DNA of 64,000 nt from Podarcis bocagei (taxonomy: Eukaryota), in the NCBI GenBank assembly GCA_964188305.1, contig OZ076897.1. The stretch is one strand, 5' to 3'. This document shows, in pieces, positions 1-12,100 of the stretch (the stretch's first letter is position 1; every line of letters begins with the position of its first letter). The notes under the pieces are model-generated. The model was not told the DNA's origin, did not search any database, and saw nothing but the letters and a program-made list of their open reading frames with translations. The translations under genes and the position numbers were made by a program.

Positions 1-24
1 GCTGTATGACTCTTGTTTTTGCAG

Positions 25-172
25 GTGAATTTCCAACACTGCAGAATAAAATGCGGGCCATTCTCCGCATTGAGGTGGAAGCTGTGAGATTTTTAAAGGA
101 GGAACCTCATAAACTAGACATCCTACTGAAGAGAGTTCGCAGCATGACCGATATCCTCACCACCCTCCGGAG
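25..172 (+). CDS. KIAA1217: KIAA1217 coding exon (G)EFPTLQNKMRAILRIEVEAVRFLKEEPHKLDILLKRVRSMTDILTTLR(R)
   Basis: ttttgcag|GT acceptor, AG|gtgata donor, 148 nt, phase 1 to 2. Confidence 0.93.
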
Positions 173-3100
173 GTGATATGTTTTATTCTTCTGTTTATTT
201 CTTTCTTCTTCTTTTTACATTATTCTGGACAGGTCATTGGCCGGATGCCATTACAAATAATATAATTGTTTTATATACCTATGTTTCTATTGTTGATGTT
301 TTCATGTTTCACAGGAAGTGATTCATGAATGGAATGGAACGGTGTGAGTGAGTGAGTGAGCGAGTGAGTGAGTGAATCAATCAATCAATCAATCAATCAG
401 GAAAGGGCGGGGTTTTCTCTTATCCTCCTCCTTCCTTTTTGTTCTACAGCCCAAAGAGTTCAGATGAAGATTCTAAGCCTCCCAGTCCTCCTTACCCTAG
501 TAGTTCCCATCGAATTCAATAGGTCTCACTTCTGAGTAGATATGGTTAGGCTTCTTGCACTGTAGGCGTGTGAGATGGGCCTGATGTCAGGGTTTGGCAC
601 CAATCTACACAACAGGTGCCTGTGGACCGATAAGAGTGCTCAGTGGTGGAGGTGCCATCAGGACTGGACTTTGTGGCAGAAGTCTAGGACCTCACTCCTG
701 GGGCCCAACAAATACAGCAGTGTTGCATTGCCACATTTGAAGAATTACCCCTAGAAGATAGTTAAGTCCAGAGTCTAAAAATTATCTGCCTGCCCCACAG
801 CTCAAGCAGCCCTGCTGGTTTTCACACAGCTGGCTCCCATGTGTGAGAAAGGATATATTATGCTTAGCTTTGATGCCCCGTCAACACAACAATGAGAAAC
901 CCTTTTCAGTCCGGCGGCTGTATTCCTTATTTGACAACTTCTGAGAGCTTCCTGCCAGTAGTGAGCAGTGCTAGAGATATAAACGAGCATGGTGCCAAAT
1001 GTGAATTTTACCTTTGGCGCTGTGGTCTAAACCACAGAGCCTAGGGCTTGCTGATCAGAAGGTCAGCGGTTCGAATCCCTGCGACGGGGTGAGCTCCCGT
1101 TGCTCAGTCCCTGCTCCTGCCATCCTAGCAGTTTGAAAGCACCCAAAAGTGCAAGTAGATAATAGGTACCACTCCGGTGGGAAGGTAAACAGCATTTCCG
1201 TGCACTGCTCTGGTTTTGCCAGAAGCGGCTTGTCATGCTGGCCACATGACCCGGAAGCTGTCTGCAGACAAATGCCGGCTCCCTCAGCCAGTAAAGCGAG
1301 ATGAGCGCCGCAACCCCAGAGTCGTCCGCGACTTGGCTTAACAGTCAGGGGTCCCTTTACCTTTACAGTAGGTTTGATTCTGCACACACTTAACATGCTG
1401 CTCTCTAACCAGAAAAGCGAGACATCATCAGAGTTCAAGGCCACTTCTCAGGTAGGCAAAAATGCGTGCAAGCTGGACTAGTGAGGGGTAGGGACTGGCC
1501 AGACAGAAGGCTGCATTTGAGCCTGAAGCATGAGATTCTCCACCCCTATTATAAAGGCAGTATCACTTTCATACGGAAAATCACTAGAGGGAGCCCTTTC
1601 TTCAATAGAGAAACAAGAAAGTGCTAGCTATATATATACTTCACCGTGTGACCGTCTTCCTCTTATAGGCATGTTACCGACGGGCTGCTGAAAGGTGTGG
1701 ATCCCTCACAGGCTGCCCAGTACAATGCCATGGAGAAAGCAACGGCGGCAGAAGTTCTGAAAAAACAGGACGACGCTGCGAAGAGCCCCGCTTCCCCAAA
1801 GCAAAAGGTTGGCGACCCCTCAGCCGAAGTGTCTGTCAGGTCAGAGGTGATCCCTGTCTCGAGCATGACCGTCCACCATGCACAAAGCTCCCCGGTGGTC
1901 ATGCATCAGTCTCAGCATTCAACAACACTGGTCAGCAATGCCCCAAATTCTCCCGTGGCCAACAGCCCCTCGGCAGGTTCATCCGCATCACGCCACCTGG
2001 TGCCTGCCATGCCAGAGTCTGCTGCAGCAGCAGCCACAGTGACAGCGACCACCCAGCAAACGCAGGCACCTCAGTCTCCCCAAGTTAATGGCTCCACCAT
2101 GCAAAGCCTTTTTATCGAGGAACTTCACAGCGCCAGTACCAGGAACAGAGCTCTGTCAATTGAGGTACACGTGGTGCATGTTATGGCAGGGAGGGTTTCG
2201 GGTGCTATGGGCCATCTAAGAACGAGGCAGGAGAACTCTGGGCTGTCTTTTTGGACGCTATAGGAGTCCTGTTTCTCGAGTGCCAAACTTGGCATGACGT
2301 TAATAAATGTCTTTTTGCAAAGATGGCTGGCAGAACTCGGAGCACCTCTGCGTATCTGATTCATCTAAAAGTTTATAAATAAAAAATTTAAATACAGAGT
2401 GAAGCCCAAACTGATTTGAAAACATTCCCCTCTCTCTGTGTGTGTTTCTCTTAGAAAGCAGAGAAGAAATGGGAAGAGAAAAGGCAGAACCTCGATCACT
2501 ACAATGGAAAAGAATTTGAAAAACTCCTCGAAGAAGCACAAGCCAATATCATGAAATCAATCCCAAACCTTGAGATGCCTCCACAAGCCACAGGCTCGCC
2601 GAAAGCTGACGCAGCCGAAAAAATAGAAGTCTCTGGTAAGGCTTAGTGCATCCCAATAAGATAGATGGGTGGAGCTTCGATGCTGGCCTCTCTTTTAAAT
2701 GAGAAAGAAAACAGTAACTATTGACTTCCGAGCTCCAAGTCTTAGAGGAAACATATTGGTGGGAATGTAGGCCCTACTTGCTGATAAGTGGAAGGTGCAT
2801 AACTCAGTGGTAGGGCACCTGCATGCAGAAAAGCTCCTGGCATCTTCAGGTAGGGCTGGGAAAGAGGATCTGCATGGAACTCTGGAGTGTCTCTGCCTGC
2901 CAGAGTAGTTGATAATAAGCTAGATGGACCCAATAGTCCAACTCATTCCTTCCTCTGTCCTTATAAGCAGCCTCTACCCTATAAGCAGAGGTGGCCAACC
3001 CCCAAGAGGCTGCGATCTACTCACAGAGTTAAGAATGGGCAGTGATCTACCCCCTTTTGGGGGGTTCAGGTCTAAGTTGTTGAGTTTTTTTTAAAGGAAA

Positions 3101-6100
3101 GCCCTGTTTTTTGGGGTTCAGGTCCTTTTTTAGGGGAGCAAAATTTCTTTGGGGGGAGCCAGTGATCTACCACAGATGTTCAGTGATCTACCAGTAGATC
3201 TACATGTTGGACTTGCCTGCTATAAAGCAATACCTTACAAAGCAATTTTGGGCACAGTGCAACCAAGGATCTGGCACTTTCAGGCCCCATTGATCAATGT
3301 TCTGTTCAAGAGGGTTTCTACACTGAGCATCAAACATATTCTTAATTGGAAATTTGAGCAGCACGTTAAATCTCTCCCATCAAACATAAGTGGATTACCA
3401 TGTTGGTTAACTTTAGGGTGGCAGGCCATGTTTTTAAAACCACTGCACCTTGAATTTTCAGAAGAGGCTCCTAACCCAGAGCAGGAGACCGAAAAGCCAG
3501 TGAAGTCTCCACCTCCTCCGCCTCCGCGCCGCAGTTATCTGATAGGATCTGGACTAAGCACAAGACTGGGAGATGTCAGTTACGTGGCCAGGAAAGACAG
3601 CACTTTGGTCAAGGTTTGGTGATTGAGGCAATGGAAGCAAAATTAGATACCCAGAACAGGAAGAGCTTCTGGGCAAGACAATGTCTTTCTTACTTAAGTT
3701 GCCAATGGGGTGGGGTGTGGGGTGGAGGTTTGTGACCCAAACGGGCATCGAAGGAAGTCTCTCAGGAAATGCATTTCATACAGTAGGCTCTGCCCAGCCC
3801 TGCCTTTATGGGAATCATCCTCCCTGTATTCTTATTTATAATAACATGAGGCAGATTAGAAGCTGCGTTCATTCTATGCATGTTCAAGAATTTGCAAATA
3901 ATCTTCAAGAAGCCAAATATTTAACACAGATTGACAAAATCGATGAGAACAGTTCCATAGAAACCTTTCTAGTGAGCTCTTCTCTGCTTGCTTTATCCAT
4001 CTGTTTGTTTCATTATCTCCCCCAGCCGCCCAAGGAGATACATTAAAATCTTTCCATCACATAGCATGGCATGGTCTTAGGCTGCCAAATCTAAATGTGA
4101 TAATTGGCGTTGAATTTCTTCTGGAGGATGGGATGGGATGATGCTTCCCATTCAGAAAACTAAAGAAAATGTAATAGAGGGGAGTATTTCATTTTGTTGG
4201 TGTCACGCTAATGGTCGAATTGCTTAAATATTAGTTTTTTTAAATTGTTTGTTATACTACTTAGGAAAGCAGTGAAGATGCTGCTCAAGGAGCACAGCCA
4301 AAAGTCCCTAAGGAAGACCATGCCTCTCCTCAACCCCTGGGCACAATTCCACCTGCAAAGGAGGAGGAGGAGGAGGACGGAGACAGAATAATGGCAGAAT
4401 TACAGGTATGATGAGGCTGGACCTGCAGAGAGATGTACTTTGGATAGCATTCACTTCTGGTCTTTGGACCCAGAGCACAATTCCAAGGGAATTAAGTCCC
4501 ACTTAAGTGAATGGGCAAGTGAACTCCTTCAGGAAATACACATTGCCGCTCATTGCTGCAGCCTGTGTCAAGATATGGTCTCAGGTGTAACTAAATGGGA
4601 TAAGAGGGCGAAAGCTTATTTCTATGCCTTTCTTGTGCACACATCCATTTCATATACAGGTACAACTTGGTTCAGGTCAGGAAAAACTGGATCTGAAGGA
4701 GGATTTGAATATTTGTGGCCATAAACAGGCCCAAAGATCAGAGTTCGATTCCAGTGGTTTGAACTCTGGATCCTATTGTCAGCAAGAAAGTATTCAGAAC
4801 TTGCCTAAGGATTATCTAGCCTGCTCGTTCATTGTAACATAGGAATGGTTTCTCTGTGACCTTGCTGAAGTCTAGGGGCGCAATCTAACAACTGTCAGTC
4901 ACAATCAAGTCCCGTTCTGTTGCTCTTGAGAGCTGTGACTGACTTGGGCTAGATTGTGTTGCTTACTATGCAATTGGTATTGACTACATATTTGACGTGC
5001 ACTTTGGGGGCACTCTTCGTGCCAGAGTCTGTGGAAGACAAAACTATTCGTTATATTAAAATAATATCTCCACTGGCTCTCACATCTGTCAGTGATTCCA
5101 ATAAGGAGGTGAACACATAGATGGTTATCAAGCTTCAACAAATCTTCTCATGGGGCTCACTATGATGGCAGGCCCTCCTTGCTGTGGCAAACTAATGAGG
5201 TAATAATGTTCTGGGGTGCTTTTATTTTTACCGTTGGTCACAACTTGCTCTTATTCAAAAGGTGTAGCATTCTTGTTATAAAGAACTAGCAGCTGTAGAT
5301 TCCAGCTCTAAAACAAGGCTGGGGGAGTGCAGCGTGGAGCTTGATTCTCCTTCAGTAACTTTTTTGCAGCCTGTAACATTTCAAACAATTAGTGTGGACT
5401 GGAAGAGAGAGAAACCATTATTGAATTTATAACTTTGTATGCCACATAAAGATCTCCGGGTAACATTAGCTGTGGCATAATTGTCAGGTTAAAGGTTTGT
5501 TTTAAATAAACCCGCATGACATGAGGCATGTAGTTTCATCAGCCAATGCATATAGTATTGCTGTGCTGTCATTTTGAGACAGGGCTTCACAGCTGGCCAG
5601 TAGGAACTAACCCTTAGCTTTTCAGCCTAGACATAATTTCTGAGCCCCTGTTGTTGATATAGCCTTGTTTGATCAGAGCTGGTCCTGAAGAAGCTCAGAG
5701 GGGAAAAGCAAGCAAGCAAACTCTTGACTGGAATGGCTCAAGGAAGTGACTTGGCTCTTGATTGGAAAAGGTCTTCCGATAACCTGCCATGTTTTAACTC
5801 TCTAGGCTTTCCAGAAGTGCTCTTACATGGATGTAAACTCAAACAGCCATGTTGAACAGTCCCGAAATGACACTCACACAAAAGATGCAAGGCCTGTGGC
5901 CTTAATACATCCCAAGGAGAAGAAGGTAACAGTGGCATTTGAGTTCTGCCACATCCTCTTGGCCTCACCTTCTTCCCTTGCTTCCAGACTAACCCTGTGC
6001 CTTGTGCTCTCTTTCTCTCTCTCTTTGTGCTGTGTTGGCTGTGTTTTCATGTATCTAGATTTGTGACCCGTCTTAGCACCAAGGTTCTCAAGATGCTACT

Positions 6101-9100
6101 AGCCTTTAGGAAAACAGAATTAATATGTGGTGAATGACGAAATGTTTAAGTGACTCAACACAAATCTTAGGATTACCTCTGTTGTACAGTGGGGTACAAA
6201 TGCTCTGAAGATCTGAAGCTTAGGCATTTTTATTTTTAAATTTTCTATCACACCTAATTTTCCCGGGGAACTCAAGGTGGCTAACAAATGTGTAGCAGAA
6301 TAGAAAACAGGTATCAATCCCCAAAACCAACCAACTGTGCAATCAAAATTCTAATGTAAATCTGAAATAAATTTTAGCCATTCCAACACGAACATCACCT
6401 AAGGTTCTCTTCTTGAGACCAAAGAAAGGATACAGTCATACCTCATGTTGTGTCCGCTTCAGGTTACATCTTTTCAAGTTGTGTCCCGCGGCAAGCCTGG
6501 AAGTACTGGAATGGTTACTTCCGGGTTTTGCTGCTAAATCGCGCCCTGTGCATGCACAGACGCGGCGCTTCTGGATGTGAACGCTTTGAGTTGTGGGCGT
6601 GCCTCCAGGACGGATTACGCCCGCAACTCAAGGTTCCACTGTAGTGATCTGAGTGTCTGTAAGATGCAGTGTTTTAATTTGGCTCTGAGAATACTAAGCT
6701 AAGAAAATTGAAATAAAGTAGTGTCCATTTTGCTGCAGACCAGTGAAAAACTGCAATCCTACGTACACTTACCGGAGAGTAAGCTGCATTGACCACAGCG
6801 GAACAGTTCCTGAGTAAACACAGTATTGCTTTGAAAGTTTGCTTTATAATAAGAGGAGCAGTAGCTGGAATACATATGATAACACCAAGTGGGGAAAGCA
6901 ATTGCACGTTTCAATATTGCTTTCAACGCAATAGCTCTAAAGCTCCAGGCAGGCAAACTGTTACACAAAGCAGATTCCTTTCTAATTTTTGCATTCATGG
7001 TTAGGGGACTTTTGGGGTGGTATTAATACATGCTTAGTAATTCTGAGATGGGCTATAACTGAAGTAGAATCAGGTGGAATTAAGATGCTGCACCTGAAGA
7101 AAAATATAACTCCCATTTGTTCAACTCCCTGTTCCAGGGAACAAAGCCATCTTTTCCTTCCCTAGCAAAGATAAACACAATCCAGACCGTAGAATATCTC
7201 AGGCAGGGACAAGGTGCCAAACCGGGGGGAAACTCATAATAGTATGACTATACTATAGACCAGACTAGATAAGGAGGTACTCATACAATCATAGACTTGT
7301 GGACCTGGAAAGGACGACGAGGGTCAAGCCCCTGCAATAGCAGGAATCTTTTGCCCATAGTGTAGTTTGAACCTGCAACCCTGAGATTAAGAGTCTCATG
7401 CTCTACTGACTGAGCTATTCTGGAGGGCAGCTTTGTATAGGTACACTCAACACCTCTAACTTGGCATACTCAAGGCAGCATTCAATGTTGGTTTCCTGAT
7501 TTCCTGCAACTGGCGAGATGAAACATGCAGTGAGCCATCTCTCTCATGTGCCCTGAACGGCATGTAGCCCTTTGCTAGCTTTAAATAATAATACTGAATA
7601 GCCTTTTGACCCTAGAAGCCAGAATATTTCCAACAACACATGAAACACTTCATGCCAATTGTCCATGTAATGCCACCTAAATCTTTGGCTCTTTTTGACT
7701 TCCGCTTGGTTTGCATGAAACCTTTTTCACCTTTTCTCCTGGATCCTTAGGAGGGGTTATGGTTTCCATGACGTGCTAACAAACTACATATGCATGGGGT
7801 GGGAGAAAGTTTTAAGTTGCCTCTTGTACAATGATAGTTGTCTTCCAAACTCTTGTACTGTGCTCTGTTTTTAAAATCAAGACACCTGTGTTGAAAAACA
7901 AGTAGTTAACTTGCACTTGTGATGGCTTTAGTGTGACAGGATAGTAATTCTGATTCTGGAGACTGATACAGTTGGTGTATCAATGGACAGGGCTGCGACA
8001 TGGAGGCTCAGCAAGGTTGGCCATTTGCTGGGGGCCTCCTGAAGAGAGCCCCATGGATCTGCTACACTTACTTATTGGGGGGGCAGAGCCTGGAAGCTGC
8101 CTTGCCCAAGAGCACTCCAAAAACTGCAGCAGATCTTGCCATGATTGTTATCTAATGTGGATGGAAAATCCTATATTCTCAAATTATGTGACTATACCTT
8201 TTTCGTTGTGGTCCAGCAACAATTTTGCTTGAAGTTGTTTCTGCTACGAACAGACTAAAACTGTAGTCTACCAATGGAAGCATCTGTTTCCAGGCTTACT
8301 CTTTTGACTCTATATCTCATCATTGCACATCCCTTTGTAGCCCTGCTGGTCACAGTAACAAGTTGGGAGCACCTTTTTACTGAACTAGCAATAATGCATT
8401 TGAAATGCAAAGGCAAGATCTCCCCCGCAGCCAGTCACTTTTGGAGCCGTTTTTGCAAACCAGGAGTCATAAATGCACCTCAATACACATGAGGACCGTT
8501 GTAGTGTTGCAAGTAGATGCTGGAGCTAGCCAGGGGGTGTGTGTCTGTGTGCAGGGGGAAAGGGCTCTTGCAGCAGTCCCTGCTGCCAAAATGCATAGGC
8601 TGTGCCAGCAGACTTACTTAATCCATTTTCAGCAGAAACAGACACCGTTGTACCTCGCAGTGGGAGGTACAACTTCTTTTCCCAGGGTGCTGCCTCTTCA
8701 ACCACACCCGGTATTATGACCTCTTGCTTTTCTCCATTCCTATAAAATAAGGTATTGACTGTGCACATAAAAATCCACTTTCGTATCAGTTGCGACATTC
8801 AACATCAGCAGAGACTGAGGATGAGGGGTAGGAAACGCCACCAGCAATATTCTTGCCACCATCTAATCTAATACCAGGTTTGAATGTGATTGTTTTGCAA
8901 GACTTCTTTGCAAGCCACTCTTGAGAGCCTCTTGGGTTAGAAAGAAAAATGTAGCTCTTCTAAATAAACAAGCTCCGAAAGCTATTTACCGTAGGCACCC
9001 TGTGTTATTTGGGTAGCACAATCAAGTGCCAAGGGATGCCTTGCTGGGCCTCTCTGCCTTGCCCTGGGGGCTCTCCCTAGGCCATGCCCCTCTTTGCCCC

Positions 9101-12100
9101 TGCTCCACAGCCTCCTCCAGTTCTTCGCCTGGCTGACCTGTGTCCTTGAACTCTAACCATACCCATGGATGAGTGTACACATAAAAACCTCTGGCTTTTG
9201 TGTGGCTGGACCATAACCTACTGTACCAAGATAAGAGAGTCACTTCCGTTGCCCCACCTTCCACTTAGATGTGACCCCTGAAAGGTTGCTCACTGGAGAA
9301 TGCAGCCCTCCAGCTGGAGAAAAACAAAAACCCCACCCGCTAATCAAATGTAATGGTTATACCAGAGGAAGAGGCCTTTCTGAGCTAGCCAGCTTGGAGA
9401 ACTGGCTTAAATGTTAGCAGTCAGCATTCTAGTCCAAATGGTGCGGTCACTGTTTCCTAACAAAGTTTAGTCCAACAGCCTAAATGAAAGGTTTCTGTTT
9501 CATACAAAACAATTGTTGAAAGGGAGGAATATTATCAAGATGGCACAAATGTTGTACAGGATGTAAAGTCTATGGAGGGGTTGCTTAAAGGACTCATTCT
9601 AGAACCCGTGTTGTCTGCCTGCATAGTTTTGTGTATAATACAAAGTTCTACCAAATTTGGAGTAAACCCCTGGAAGAGGTGCAAAAATCCGCTGAAGACC
9701 ATGGAAATGGCTCTGCATTGATGTAGAAAGTGGCCCGTTCACATTATCTGTACTTTATCTGATGATGTGCTAAATAATTGGGGGGAAATAGTCCCAGCCT
9801 TAAAAAAAAAAGTTTATCCCTCAGTAACTAAGTAATGCAACTCTTCCCCCTAGGTGTATGGGGAGGCAACAAAAGATAGTGACCATCCCAAGCACCAGAC
9901 AGAAGAGATGGTCTCGGATGCTCCCAGCATTGCTGAAAACTCTGCCTTCAGCAAAGATTTGCTTTTGGAGAATAAGGAGTATGCACAAACAAATTCTCTT
10001 AAGCTGAAAACAGACTGCTCCATTGTGTTAGACAATGAAAGGAAGACGGGGACAGAAGAAGCACAATGTCCAACAGTTGAAACTGGAAGACAAAGGTCAG
10101 CCAATGCTGCACTTAGAGAGACTGGTCATGGTTTGCCCCAGAATGAGCCTCTCAGTGGTGCAGCGGCACCTCCTGTCAGTCAAACAGACTCATACACTCA
10201 GGAGGCTTCTCCTAAGTCTCCAGAGGAACAAGAAATGTCTGCTGGGGCCTATAATCAAGTTGTGCTGAGGCATAAGGCACCTAGAAATGTTACCTTAAAT
10301 AGTATGGATGAGGTAGAGTCGCCAACTAGCTCTCCAAGTGATGAAAGTCCACCATCAGAGAACATTGCTTTCATGATTACCAAAACAGCAGTCCAGTTTC
10401 TGTCCAGTGGAGAGGTCCACGATATAGTCAACAGGCAGGGAGAAGATGTGCAGACTGTGAACATTGATTCCAGAAAGGAAGCAACATCCCAACAAGGGAC
10501 ACTAGAGAACCGTGAAAGTGAAGAGCCCGTGGTCTGCTTGGACAAAAAGCCGGTAATCATTATTTTTGATGAGCCAATGGACATCCGATCAGCTTATAAA
10601 AGACTTTCAACAATATTTGAGGAATGTGATGAAGAGCTGGAAAAAATGATGACAGAAGAGAAGATAGAGGAAGAGGAGGAGGAGGAAGAAGACCAAGAAC
10701 CTGAGACACGTGGTGCCCGTAACATAGGAGTTACCAGTGCAGACAGTCCTGGGAGTCATGGGGCTGATGACGCAACAAGCTGCAGATTTGAGCAGGACTT
10801 CAGACAACGCTATCTGTCTAATTCAGCGACTCAAGCCAAACACCTTGAAGGGCAGGAAACAGATGAGATGGATCTCAGGAAATCTCCTTATATTTATGCG
10901 CCACATCCAGAGTCAAAGCTGGACATTCCTGATACAAAGAAGAAATTCAAGTTTAAATTCCCTAAAAAGCAGCTGGCTGCTCTTACGCAGGCAATCCGCA
11001 CAGGGACTAAAACCGGCAAGAAAACTTTGCAAGTGGTTGTGTATGAAGAGGAGGAGGAGGAGGACGGCACTGTGAAACAGCACAAAGAGGCAAAAAGGTT
11101 TGAAATCCCGAGCAGTCGGCCCGATGACGCTTCAGGGAAGGAGGAGCCAAACCTAACTGTACAGACTTCTAGGACTGAAGAAATTAGAAAGAACACATAC
11201 AGGACTCTGGACAGCCTGGAGCAGACTATTAAGCAACTGGAGAGCACTATTAGTGAGATGAGCCCCAAATCAGTTTCTGAAGCTCCAGCCCGATCGGAGG
11301 GAACTTCTGTCCCGGGCTTTTTCTCACCAAAAGAACCCCTAGCGCTGGAAGAGACTATTGCTGATGTTGAACCCCCCTCAATACCGTCAACTTCACGTAA
11401 GGTACTTTAGTATGAGAAATCACAACTCCAGCTGCTTTCTAAAACAAAATCTGCCGTAATAATCACCATTAAGCAAGAGGTGTCTTCTGATTGGTTTGCT
11501 TCCTTTCGGGTGGCTTGTTTGGTGCATCCATTAGGTGTCTAACAGCTAATAGATTTGTGTGTGGTTTCATTTTTAAAAAATAAAATAAAATCTCTCCTGC
11601 TGATTGGTGATGGGCAATCAAAGGAAGCTTGGTCAGCTGTGGGCGAATCAAAATACCTGGGACTGCCAGTTAAACGTAGGTTGATCTGTAGTTGAGCCTT
11701 TGACCTCCATTTTTGATTCCTGGAATTAACACCAGTGGTGTGCCTTGTGGTGTGGATCCTTTTGGTGCTTCCCGTGCATGTCTTGGGGGCTTTGCCTTCT
11801 CACTCAAAGCAGCTTTGGCATGGTGCGTCAGCCTCCACCTTGCCCATGCACTGATGCTCACCCCATGTTTCCCTTATCTCTCTCCCCTTCCCCTTGGCAC
11901 CCCAACCTTCCTCACAGGGTTCAACCAGCACTTCACAGACCAGCAGGATGCCAATCCCTGCAGCCGCAAAAGTAGACAGCAAAGCAACGCAGACAAAACA
12001 AGCAAACCGCACAAGCTACAGGATCAACGCCAGTACAGACAGGTAGTTTTACCCTAAACCCAAAGCTTGGGTTGGACTTGAAAGCGGATTGTGTGTGTTT

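Noticed and set aside
7350-7423. tRNA-Lys(CTT) gene on the - strand
   Set aside because: D and anticodon arms match, but the T arm and acceptor stem are degenerate and it runs into a CR1-like tail, so it is a SINE head
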